From NCBI GenBank assembly GCA_020137815.1, contig CM035352.1, positions 5,890,001-5,954,000 on the forward strand: a stretch of 64,000 nt of DNA, written 5' to 3'. Both the position numbers and the translations under genes were made by a program. The DNA comes from Hormiphora californensis. Its lineage: Eukaryota > Animalia > Ctenophora. Below, one piece after another: positions 51,701-63,414 of this stretch. Each line of letters opens with the position of its first letter. The first letter of the stretch is position 1. The notes beneath the pieces were generated by a model that saw only the letters and a program-made list of their open reading frames with translations, made no database searches and was not told the origin of the DNA.

Positions 51701-54610
51701 TTAAAGTGGAAAAAAAGAAATCCATCTCAGGACCGGAAATCAGCTCGGATTTCAAAAAAATTTTTTGTGGCTACTCACCTCTTTGTCCTCTTCAAATCAA
51801 CAAATTTTTATGATCCTATCTTTACAAATGTATTTTTAAGATGCCAAAAACTTATTTTCAGTTCATTTTTCAAGCAGCTGTAGCAAAAATATGAATTCGA
51901 CTTGAGAGCTCAAATTGCATATTTGAGGTCTCCTTGGCATGGCCTACAACCCTACGGTGAGAGATTTCCCTGCACTCGAAAAAAATTTTTGGTTAGCGTA
52001 CCCTTAAAGCCATATAACGGCTAAATGGTTGAATATAGAGCTTAAAAGTCCGACTTCGACCCCCCATAACTTGGCTATTGCCTACAAAATGGCACCAATG
52101 AAAAGTCTCTAAACCATTCCTAAGTGGCTATAGCCATGTAACCTAAAAACGGTTATGTGCATACCTAATTATCCAATTATCTAATTAACGCGATGAGATA
52201 GGAACTTAATTTGGGTACCTACCCCCACTAATTCGAGGACGCTAATCACTCTAGTACCCTCGGTTTTTTCTCTACTCCTTTCCAAAGATGGTTTTTACCG
52301 TATAACCATAAAACGGCTATGTGCGCATCTAATTATCCAATTATCTAATTAACGTGATAAGATAGAGACTTAATTCCAGCACCTACCCCCACTAATGCGA
52401 GGACGCTACACACTTTAGTGCCCTTGATTTCTTTTCTACTTGTTTCCAAAGACGGTTTTTACCGTATATCGCATTCGTCCTAGGCTATCTTTATGCAGGT
52501 GCAAAATAAACCCGGAAATGACCGATTTCTCCATCGCGGTACCCGCGGTAAATTTTTTTGGTGGTTGTAGAGACCCATTGGAGTGCCCTGGAAGTGGAAT
52601 CGCTTTTAGATCAATTAGTTCCATTTCACAACGTCATATGACTGGCCTATGTAGGTAGTAGAGATTAGCTTTCTGAGCATTTTGCGTTTTTGCCGCTCAA
52701 AATCGACCCACCCATCACTGATATATTTTTGTTATGTTGGGAGAACTCCTGTTTAATCAGTATGTATAAAACAGAATAGAAACAATCGTGGTGTTTTACT
52801 AACACATTCTGAATATAAGCAGTGAGGTTGACATGTCCATGCACAGAAGCAGGGCAATGCAAGCCAGCATATTAACAAGAATTATTGCATTATGTATTCA
52901 TAATGCTGTGTTTCCCTGCCCTACCGTTTCACATGTCAGTGACATTGTCACTGCCAACAGGATCAAGGCTTGGTCATAATGACAATGTAATGTGAGATGC
53001 ATACGATCTAGCTGTCAGTATACTTCTCACATAGCTTAGAGTTAGCTAACTCCCAATCACATGATACTTGCTAAGCAGCTTTTGACATTCCAACTTAACT
53101 ACTTATCTAACATCTCACACTCGACTCGCAAGATGAAAATGTGTATGTAACACGCGAAACGCGCGGCAGAGCATTTCATGTTTTGTTGAGTGGCGCGCGC
53201 ACACACGTCCATGAAACTGTGCCAATGAGGTGTTTGATGAAGGAGTAGCTCGTCACTGTGCGCGCGGCTCTAGTTGCTACACCGTTGCCCTCGCAACGAA
53301 AGTGTGACCAAAAAATGTCCCTCTACCGATTAGTTAGTATACCAAAATGTCGTTTTCGAATTCTAACCCTGCTATGCCTTTTTACAAAGTAAAAAGGCAT
53401 CCGGGTGAATGCCTTCGGCATTCACCCGGGCAGGGAAAAAATTTAAAGAATGTGTTAGTAAAACACAAGGATTGTTTCTATCCTGTTTGATAAATATTGA
53501 TCCAGCAGAAATTCTCCCAACATAACAAAAATATCTCAGTGATGGGTGGGTCGATTTTGAGCGGCAAAAACGCAAAATGCTCAGAAAGCTAATCTCTACT
53601 ACCTACAACAAACTTGTCCAATTCTGATCCGGTCCACTCTCACTTTAAGCCCAAACTGATATTTTCAGATAAAATCACTAAGCAATAAGACCTACAATCA
53701 CAATCTATCACTGACAAGCAACACTGCACAACTTTAAACCAATTCACAGATCATCACGCTGTTCTTGAAAAAAGTATAACGTCATTTTTTATTGCATCTT
53801 ACCTTAGGTAGCTGTTATCAACCGTGACATTATCCTGATATGAGAGAGTGAGAGGTTTAGAGACTTGGAGAGAGATTTAGAGAGAGGTTTATAGACTTGG
53901 AAAGGATGGGAGTGAAAGGATGGGATTTAAATGAAAAACCAATGACATGAAGACATGGTCTCAAGAGTTAGATACAGTGAGAGGGAGAGAAGGAGAGAGT
54001 GAATGCGAGAGAGAGAGAGAGACACACAGTCACAGAGAGAGAGAGAGAGTCAGAGAGATGCACTGAAAAGAGACAAGATAGATAAGCTCAGCTTGTCAAT
54101 GCTCAATTGGAAGTAAAAACCTCGCATGCACACATTACATAACAGTCAACGTGCGAAGTTTAAAACCTCTAGCTCAGTAAACTGATCACTGGCTCATTCC
54201 CAATTGGGCAGGCATCCCGGAATCTTTTGTAACAAAATGGGAGATAAAGAGGTGTATATATTTTATATATATATATAATTTTACCTTGTAAATGGTTTCC
54301 TCGGATGACTCCCGTAAAATAACCAATTCAGGCTCAGTTTCCGTTGTCCCCGTTGTTTTAGGTGGGTCCTAAAGAGGCAGATTATCTTACTATATACAAT
54401 GCAGGGTGGCCTAGATATGTGACCCCCATGATGACGTATGGAGGTCCCAGTGCATGTTGAGTGTTGCAAATATCCCGTCACATGACGTATCACATCACCC
54501 ATCCCTCCCCTATCCTACTGAGGATCAGTTCTCACATAGCACTCAGCAGTGCACTGTGGTGCGTGATGTGATCTCCATCAGGAGAGAAAGATACACCGAG
54601 AGAACGAACC

Positions 54611-54677
<67 letters not shown>

Positions 54678-55897
54678 ACCTTTGATTACCTTTGACAAGG
54701 TTTAGCTGAAGTAGCTTGGGATCCACTTTAGTAATGGACCCATTGGAATGTTCCTGCTGGTCTAATAGATAACAACAGGAACACTATAGCAAACAAAGAA
54801 GGCAATTTAATGAAATAAATGAAAAAGAAGAAACTTAAATGAATAGCACTCACAGTAAGTACTACTGTGTCCCCGAGGAGACCTCCACCACCTCGCCTCC
54901 TTTGATCCTAAACGACTTCCCAGGGCTCCGCACCTTCTCCTCTTTCAACTTTTTCACTAGGACCGCCCGGGCCACTCTCTCCTCAGAAGTAAGGTCGGGA
55001 GAGATATAAACTCGGGAAAACAATTCACTCTGTCTAAGTCGTGTCTTCTTACCAAGAATACACGACTGCATCTCCTTGCTTGCCAGGGATATCTTCATGG
55101 GTCTAGTCTGACCCGCTGTGAATCTCCCCAACCGCTGAGCACTCTTTACCAAGGGCTTCTCTGCCAGCGTTGTCCACAACTCCGGTAGTAGTTCTTCTTT
55201 GTCTCCAGGACTGTCAGTCAGTCCGTAGATGACGATGTTACAAGATCTGTCCTCGCTGGCTGCAGCTACAGCCCGCTGTATCCGTTGAGGAGCGAGGGAT
55301 GTCTCACACTCCTTCCTCAGTACAGTAGAGAAGCTTCGCATCTCCTCCTTCGCAGTTGTCTTCACATCAGTTATGACTTCCTCCCTCTTCTCAAGTAGTT
55401 GCTCCTGCAGCTTCACTAACTGCGCCTGGGCTCCAACCAATGCTCTCTGAGCAGAGATTAGTTCCTCCTGACGCTCCACCAACTTCTTCTCTACACCACT
55501 GCACTTCCTAGCTACACTATACTGACTTCGCATCACAGGATACACCCTCTCAATCAAGAGCTTACCTGCCATCTCCACCCAGTCAACTAAATCCTTGTGA
55601 CTCACTTTTTCGATTTTATACTTCGATGGGGTAGACAATGAGTCCCACAAACTTTCCTCCGCACCGTTATACTCTCCATCAAACACGCCCGTAGTGGGAC
55701 GTGTTCCAGCCATTGTCATGAGTGCCTCAACCATCTCCACGGTATTAACATGGATATTTTCGAGTTCAATATCACTCAATGACCTGTTACCATTCACTTT
55801 GACTCTAGGATTCTCATTCATAACGATGGAAAGTGACCGTTACAGCTATAAAGATAAGAGAGCAAGATTTTTCATGTGCAAAGCGATAAGGACAAGC

Positions 55898-55957
<60 letters not shown>

Positions 55958-58900
55958 AGAGAAAGAGAGGGAGCGGGTTAAAGAGGGAGCAGAGAGATTT
56001 TCTCTCGCTCTCTCTAACCTCCCTTTCCCCCTCTCGGCTCTCTCACCTACGCTCTCTTTTTCCCTTTCCCCCTCTCTCCAAAATTACATAGATCCATAAG
56101 AACGCTCCGGAAAACCCCATCCTAGACCCTCTTCTCTCCCTTCACACGAGAAAACGTGCATGTGTTTCTATGCTAGGCGAATACCAGACAATAAAACGAG
56201 ATGCACTTGTGTGCAGCGGTCTCTTAGGGGAGCATGGCGTGTGGTGGGCCTGTGTGCTTGTATCGATTGTTTCTTTCTTTTTTGCTCTTTTCCTCTCTTA
56301 TCGTTCTCCTCCGCTGTTTTTGTGGTAGTTCTCCTGTTTTTTACGGTGTTATTATTTTTTTGGCGTTTCTTGATGTTGGGTCTGTTTGTCCGTGCTTTCT
56401 GGGTGCACTGTCGCTCCTTGGTTCTGTTTTCTTTGCCTTTCTCTCTTTTTTTGTTTTCGTGTGGTTGTGGGATGCTCCGCATTGGTTTCTCGCTTGGTCT
56501 TCCTTTTTTCTCTCTCGGGGTTCGGCTGGATCTTTGAACCCTTTGCTGGGTTTTTTGGGCGTTTGTTTCTTCATTGCCTGTTGTCTCTTTATCCTCTTTC
56601 GTGCTTTTTTTTTGCTTGGATGATGTGCTTTGCTTTTTGTCTTGTTACTTTTTTCTCGTGTTTGTTTGAGTTCTCTTGTTTTTGTTTTTTGGGCTTCTTG
56701 GCCCGCGTAAGCTTGGGGGGTTTCTGGGGTTTTTTCCTGGGTGCCTCGCGATCGTTCCGCCTGAGTCTTTTATGTTGAGGTGCTAAGCGGGTCTCACTTG
56801 GTGGGTTTGGAGTGGTGTTTTACGTGTGTTGTTTTGTTGGAATAGATGTTGCGTCCATTGCGTGGTAAGGGGTGTCCTTATTCCTACCGTTCTGTTGGTG
56901 GGGGGTGTGGGGTTCCTGGTGTCTTCCTTGTGTTCTTGGGGGGGTGGGTGAAGGGTGTGATTCGTTCTGACTCGTCAGTGTGTTAGGCAACTTTTTGTTT
57001 TCCTTGTCGTTTTTTTTCACTCTTTTTTTTCGTTCTTTAGTGTGGTCGTGGTTGTGATTTTTTCTTGTTTCTCCTTCATAGGTTTTGTCCGAACCGGTAT
57101 TTTACTGACTTTCCCAAACTGGACATGTATGGCCCTGTTGAAGGGAAGAATCGGTCTGTTACCAAGGGACGCTGACACGGGTGTACTTGCAGGCTGCGTA
57201 GAAGGGCCGGTTTTGGAATTATTGTATGAAGTAGCCCGACTCCGGGCAGGTTTTGGAGGTGGTGATGGTTCTTCAATAACGAGGGAGTCAAAGTGAAGTG
57301 AGGGAAGTTCTAGTAAGTTTCTATAAAAAACCGGTGTTTTATCATTATGGGTGTAAAACACTTCTACAATGGTGTCGATTCCAGAACTTCTCCTCTCACT
57401 GGTTCTGGTGTTACTGAGGTTCTCTCTGGTGTCATTTTAGTTTCTCACTCTTTTTTTTTTGTTTTTATTTTCTCCAATTCCTTGTTTCATTTTTTTTTTC
57501 TCGTCTTTTTTTGTTTTTCATCTTTTCTTTCTTTTTTTTCCTTCATGTTTCTCTCAGGGTGGGTCTTCTCGTTTCAGGGGCATGGTTCACTTTTTTATTG
57601 TTTCTTTTATTTTCTCTTGTTTTGTGGATTTTTTCTTTGTTGGCAAGTCTGCTTTTTTTTTTTTGTTGCGTCTTTCATCTGGGGCTCTATAAGTCTTTGG
57701 GGATGGTGCATGTGGAATTCGGGGCGTTAAGTGGGGGGGGTCCTTTCTTCTTGCTGTTTTTGGATTATACCTCCGAGCAGCTCCATCTCTCTTCTTCCCT
57801 TCCCTGTACTTCCGGAATTGTTTCTGGATGTGTACTGCTGCTCGGTCCTTTTCAGCTAGATGCTTCCGGTATCTAACCTGTATCTTTCGGGCAGCTTTCT
57901 CCTGGCGATGCTGCCGGTAATGATACTGAATACTCCGTGCTGCACCCTCCCGTTTTCTAGTTTGGTGCTCCCTATACCGTTTCTGGATGGTACTAGCAGC
58001 TTTTGTTTCCCGATCATTGTTTTGTTCCGCGACAATATCCCTTCTGTGGTCTCTAAACTTTCTTTGAATTGTGACGGCTGCCCTTTGCCTTCGATGGTGT
58101 CTTCTGTAATGTCTTTGTATTGTTATTGCAGCGGCCATTTTCTCCACCTCTGCTTCAGTGTCTTCTTCAGATGTCGGTTCAATGACGACAATCCTAGTTT
58201 CTGGAAATTCCTGCCCAGGAATACTGAGCGAGGAACTTCTCCGTGAAACATTCTTTTCGGCCGTCCTTGGCGTCAGATCAGATGAGACATTCCTCTGTTT
58301 GTACTCCCTATATTTGGTCTGAATTGTTTGGGCCGCTTCATTCTCTCTTTTTCGTTGGACCTTTCTACCCAAGTAATTTCTGTACTCATTTTGAATGGTG
58401 AGTGCTGCAATAAATTCTTCGTCAGAAGGTGATGATGGTCGTTCATTTCTATCAGTCTCCAAGTCCATATTTAATGGTCATTCTAAAAGTGGTACGTAAA
58501 TTAAAACAGTTGAATAAAAACGACGTTAGAGAGATGTATAGTAAGGGTGCTTAGATCAGTGATTAGTGATAAGTCGCATCCCCGGCCCCACCCTAAGTTT
58601 AGCGCTTCTACTAATTATACTATGTATAATTAAGACGATGCAGGGGCCAGGGGGGTCTTTTGACCTCGTTTGAAAAATGAAACAGGGGCAGCTCTGGCTT
58701 GGTGTCCTCTGGACAGTGCTCTTGGATATGATCTTAGAGCACACCACATCCAGAGCACACCACATCCAGAAGATACCACATCCAAGAGCGGTATCTTTTT
58801 GGTCTTGGATGGGAAAGATCTCTTTATTGGAGGGGTCTTTTCTAGATGTGGTGCGCTCTTGTATCATGGATGTGTCACGCTAAAGAGATCTTCCCCATCC

Positions 58901-61900
58901 AAGACCAAAAAGATACCGCTCTTGGAGTGGTCTCTTCTGGATGTGGTGCGCTCTTGGACACCGTCACCCTAGGCGAATTTAAGTAAACGGGGAAACATTT
59001 CGGCCTACGTTAAAATCTGGGTGTTTGGAGTGTCAGCACTCACGGTATATTTAGAGTTAGGGCTAAAGTAGGGTTAGGGTTACGGCTGGGGTTTTGGGTT
59101 GGGGTTAGGGCTTGGCATTTCCTATCAGATAAACTTTGGTTAGAGCCATATTAGTGCAGGGTACTTTTTTTGGTAGCGTGTACCTATAAACAGGCCAGCA
59201 AAACTCTAAACTATCACTTTCCCAAACACCCAGATTTTAATTTTTAACGCTGGCCAGAAAAAAGGCCAGCGTTAAAATCTGGGTGTTTCGTGAGTGCTGA
59301 CAAACGGTTTTTTAGGGTAAGGTCAAAAGTAGGGTTAGGGTTAGGGCTGGGGTTTGGGTTGGGGTTAGGCCTTGACATTTCCTACCAGATAAACTTTGAA
59401 TTAAATGTAAATGTAAATGTAATATATGCATTTAATATACCACTTTCTAGTGTAAATAACGGTGTCCGTATTGATAGCCAACGCTATACGAACACACACA
59501 CTTCCTAAAGTGGTTATAAGACCAAAACACACGAACGTTCTACGTAAACATACGAAACGAGTTAGTAACCCATTTTAATGATCCCGTTTTGAATGTAATA
59601 TTTCCCATTTGGATCTTCCAGTCTAAGCCTCTTTACGGTTTCTACTAGTTGTTTTCGTTCCTTTTGTTGAACAGGAGTTAGATCCGGTGAGAAAAATACA
59701 GATGAAAAGTTTTCCGACTGTTTCAAGAGTTTTGCTTTCCTAAGAAGTGCTAACAGAGATTCTCTGCTCTCCAGAGAGATAACCAGTGGTCTCGTTTTGG
59801 AACTTGAATCCAGTTTTTGGCCGACTCGTTTCATCGATTTAGTAACAGGTTTCTCATTTAACTCTTCGAATAGTTCTTTCACTGAGATTGAATCAACTCG
59901 GGTCGTAGACTCAGGTAAACCAAACACCACGAGGTTTTTAGCTCTATCAGGCTCCACCACTGCATTGCTAGACGCTGAGATCCGAGGGGTTGCTGCATTT
60001 TTCACTACCTTAGGGGTGATCACAGAGCAGTTTTGACTCAAAACGGTAGAATATGCTTTCATTTTAGCAACAGAACTGGACGCAGACTCGAGATGGCGGT
60101 CTTGTAGAGCGATAATCTTCTTCTGCAGGTCAATTACAGAGATCCGATGCTTATCAAGTTCATCCATCTCTATTATACACATACTTTCATTGGGCGAAGG
60201 TTAATTCCCGCTCTTATTGCAGCTAACAAATCGTTATTTTCAACTGAATCATCCTCTTGTGAATCGGTCCTGTGAAAATAGAATATTAAATTATGATCCC
60301 TTCATCGTTGCTATACCCCAATTATAATAATTACTTTCTGGCTGAATAACACTAGGTCTAACCTGGGAGTGTCTGTGACAGGAGTGATGACTGTATCTGG
60401 TATTTTGGCTGGTAGTGAGTCGTAATAATCTTGAACTGGCGACGAGGGTATATTCGGCACCTGGAACAACAAATGTAAAATATCATTCAAGGATATTGTA
60501 TTAAATATGCACTGAACTGCTGTAGACATCACTCACTCACTTCATACACACACAACACCCACGTCCCACACACATGACCAAGCCTGTACGACAGGTTATT
60601 GATCACTGGCTATATTACAGCACGAGAGAGCCCTCTAATCACTATTATCGTTGTGATGGGCTTTGTGATCAAAAACATACCCGTGAGCTGGGTGAGGGTG
60701 GTGGCAGATCAAGGGTTACATTTAGAAGCTCCATGGGAGGTGGTGGTAAATCGTCCAGTGCAAAACTTCCTGAGAGAGAGAAGGATATAGAGGGATAGAG
60801 AGAGAGTGAGCTATAGAGAGAAAGAGAGAGAAAGAGAGAGAAAGAGAGAGAGGTAGAAATGAAATTGTTCACATAACATACCATCATAATCAGGTATTCC
60901 TTCGTCTACTACAGGACTCTGAAATTAGTTAATTAATTAGTCAAACGAATTAGGGGCAGTGAGAATTCATCAAGTGGGCTGTTTTTGCTAGCAACCTAGC
61001 ATTCTTAATTTTCTTACTTTTCCAACCGAGAATAAATGGTGAAAGGATGTATTCTGAGTTTTGTTTCAGCTAAAATGTTTGTGAAAGTGCAAATTTTCAC
61101 CTTATTTCTTCTTATATTTTCATGCATACTCATTCAGACTGCAGCATTGTAACTGTACTACTAGTTCTAATTACCAAAATGAGTTCTATTTAGTAGTATA
61201 GTAACTTCAAACTAATAACCACAACTTTATCTCGAAAGCCGCTGCTTATTAGTACGCATCTCCGGACTCTGAACTACTATCATATTACATATAACGCTCT
61301 CTAGTCTCTGTATAATATAGTTCTCGTAGATTCACTGTATGCTTATTTACAGTTTCTAACTAAACAGGTGCATCCAGTCATTAGTCTACCACTAGGCCAT
61401 TGTGTGGTTTATAAATCCTTTATATTGGCCGATCCACAAAATCAACTAAATTTCTTTTCTCCCACCTTTACATTTTGTTTAAACCTACCCTTTGTGGGTA
61501 AAGTCTGTTGTTATCGTAGAAACCTTCGTCCTTCGTGTACAGCTTCCCTAAATAATGAACTGTTTAAAATGTAATATTTATGGAATCAAAAAGTGTCTGC
61601 AGCCAAGCAAAATAGTTTTGAGACTACAAATGAATAATAGGAAGGATTGTCAGAACTATAATGCCCTCCCTCCCCCATGATGAGTTACCTTGTGTAGGAT
61701 TCCAGATTGAGAGAGTTGAGAGACGATCTAACAGATAATACTGGGTCTGAAATTAGCAGCTGTGAGGAAGCTAGACCGGTGCGGGGGACAATAGTTGGGG
61801 ACAATAGTGGTTTCCCGCGATGGATTCCAAGAAACATGACGTGTTGCGTCCAAAATACAGTCGTATTACTTCGTTGGGACAATAGTTGTCAAATGTAGCG

Positions 61901-62300
61901 TGACTATATATTGCCCCCCGCTGAATGATTATCCCCGATTGATACACCTGTTTCTCAATACGTTGTGTGACATGTTTGTTGCCTCTATTACAAATCATAC
62001 CATCGACACTCAACTCGCTAGTTTTGAGCAACAATGCACTCATGTTGTTAGAGGATTTTATAACATTTGTTCCTAAAGTTTTCCCAATTTCCCAGCATCT
62101 TGACACACAGACACACTTAGCTTTCTATAACTGATTTAGTATAGCTGTATTATAAGCTGCCCTTATAAAGCCCCTCACCTTGTCTGTATTGTGGTGGAGG
62201 GACCACCATCATACTCTCCTCAGCCCTCCTAACAAGGTGTCTCTCGAACTCCGAGCTCAGCTGATGGTTTGGTGGTGGTGGGGTGCGACGTGCAAGTTGG
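48744..62300 (-). CDS. Multi-exon Pro-rich protein with a WH2 actin-binding motif (5' end uncertain)
   Basis: Phase-consistent GT-AG exons: SPVVDEGIPDYD|GSFALDDLPPPP...|VPNIPSSP...|TDSQEDDSVENNDLLAAIRAGINLRPMK (about 60185-60269)|DPPKTT...|DNVTV...|SSVES...|VPLGT...|AADTS...|PQIKK...|VRPDRVGASRQLSCCI*. Confidence 0.6.
49862..53644. mobile_element. Kolobok-like non-autonomous element, copy 2 (contains a nested element)
   Basis: TTAA TSD at 49858-49861 and 53645-53648. Same TIRs as 15366-17171. Confidence 0.88.
49902..52649. mobile_element. Academ-like non-autonomous element with ~1.3-kb inverted arms
   Basis: Ends TAGGCCAGTCATATGACG / CGTCATATGACTGGCCTA. 3-bp TSD TGT. Mirror ORFs on both arms; spacer at about 51220-51400. 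Confidence 0.85.
54862..55821 (-). CDS. Solo LINE ORF1-like protein (coiled coil + RRM + CTD)
   Basis: 319-aa open ORF. NIVIYGL, RLGR...RPMKI and VYISPDLT motifs. No ORF2 follows. Confidence 0.75.
   Translation of the reverse strand: MNENPRVKVNGNRSLSDIELENIHVNTVEMVEALMTMAGTRPTTGVFDGEYNGAEESLWDSLSTPSKYKIEKVSHKDLVDWVEMAGKLLIERVYPVMRSQYSVARKCSGVEKKLVERQEELISAQRALVGAQAQLVKLQEQLLEKREEVITDVKTTAKEEMRSFSTVLRKECETSLAPQRIQRAVAAASEDRSCNIVIYGLTDSPGDKEELLPELWTTLAEKPLVKSAQRLGRFTAGQTRPMKISLASKEMQSCILGKKTRLRQSELFSRVYISPDLTSEERVARAVLVKKLKEEKVRSPGKSFRIKGGEVVEVSSGTQ
57587..58468 (-). CDS. Intronless multi-IQ-motif protein (C-terminus corrupted by frameshifts)
   Basis: Eight AAxxIQxx(Y/F)RxY/H motifs; a ninth is broken at about 57770. 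Confidence 0.8.
   Translation of the reverse strand: MDLETDRNERPSSPSDEEFIAALTIQNEYRNYLGRKVQRKRENEAAQTIQTKYREYKQRNVSSDLTPRTAEKNVSRRSSSLSIPGQEFPETRIVVIEPTSEEDTEAEVEKMAAAITIQRHYRRHHRRQRAAVTIQRKFRDHRRDIVAEQNNDRETKAASTIQKRYREHQTRKREGAARSIQYHYRQHRQEKAARKIQVRYRKHLAEKDRAAVHIQKQFRKYREGKKRDGAARRYNPKTARRKDPPHLTPRIPHAPSPKTYRAPDERRNKKKKADLPTKKKSTKQEKIKETIKK
58683..58970. mobile_element. Palindromic MITE-like element
   Basis: Internal inverted repeat ccaagagcggtatctttttggtcttggatggg / cccatccaagaccaaaaagataccgctcttgg. Confidence 0.6.
59007..59400 (+). repeat. Two copies of the TTAGGG-like dispersed repeat
   Basis: Homologous to 36105-36340. Confidence 0.8.
59562..60167 (-). CDS. Second solo LINE ORF1-like ORF (shorter)
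   Basis: NLVVFGLPE, RVGQ...RPLVISL and VFFSPDLT; paralogous to 54862-55821. First likely ATG at 60167. Confidence 0.65.
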   Translation of the reverse strand: MDELDKHRISVIDLQKKIIALQDRHLESASSSVAKMKAYSTVLSQNCSVITPKVVKNAATPRISASSNAVVEPDRAKNLVVFGLPESTTRVDSISVKELFEELNEKPVTKSMKRVGQKLDSSSKTRPLVISLESRESLLALLRKAKLLKQSENFSSVFFSPDLTPVQQKERKQLVETVKRLRLEDPNGKYYIQNGIIKMGY

Positions 62301-62974
62301 TTCGGGGCAGGTTACCTGACTAGTCAGAGAGGTAGCTTGAGGGTGAGGTTATGGTATGTTTGGGGTGGCTGAGGGTTGGCAGGGACGATAAGATTGGGTT
62401 CGGGCAAATGTTCTACTCGTACAGTATAGGAACGCATCTGAGGGGGAGAGTACAATAAGTGGCGTCACGCATTGTTAGGAGAGGTTCGAATATATCATCA
62501 GCATCAATCATCTGCATATTCTGCCAATGCAAGACTTCTCACAACTGGGTTCCCCTGATCACGTACAGTGCCGTGAGGTACGCATGTGAGGGGAAGAGGT
62601 GCGGTAAGATACAGCTGCAGCCAATACCTGCTTCAGGCTGGTGTCTCGTGATATTACAATCATATTTGGCACTTCCGTCCTGACTCCTCATGGGGTTGCA
62701 CTGAGTTACGTAAGATGGCCGTGGAGTTTTTGGAGGTGCGAGGCAGATGGCTGATAACCCAAGCTCTCTGCTCCTGCATGGGTGCACTGAAAGAGGATTA
62801 TAGGTGAGTTGTATATATATGGGGTGAGAGAATGAAGTTACCGTCACAATGCCTGTGACGGTTATTTGGAGGTGATAATTGGTAAAGTTTCTCTGCATGC
62901 ATGGGGATGGCACAGACAATGGGATATAGTGTGATATTATATATATGTGTGAAATGAAAATTGTCGGACGAGAG

Positions 62975-63038
<64 letters not shown>

Positions 63039-63041
63039 CAG

Positions 63042-63098
<57 letters not shown>

Positions 63099-63349
63099 CG
63101 GTGATTGGTGAAGATGAGGTGAGATCGTTATGAAATAAACATTGACGAGAGATGCAATCATGGTCCAGGTGTTAGCAACGATGTGGGAGATATGGAATAG
63201 AAAGAGTGAGAGGCATCTTCAAAAGAGTTTGGTTTTCGTTTCAGTTTTTGTCATTTTTGTTTTCTTGCCGGAGAGTGAAATGTATAATGCTGGATCATTC
63301 TCAAAGCAGGTTAGTTTTTGTATAAGAGGGAGAGAAGGGATGTGAGAGA

Positions 63350-63414
<65 letters not shown>

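Noticed and set aside
56160-57876. Phe/Leu-rich or Lys-rich ORFs
   Set aside because: Products of the compositionally skewed, probably low-quality segment.
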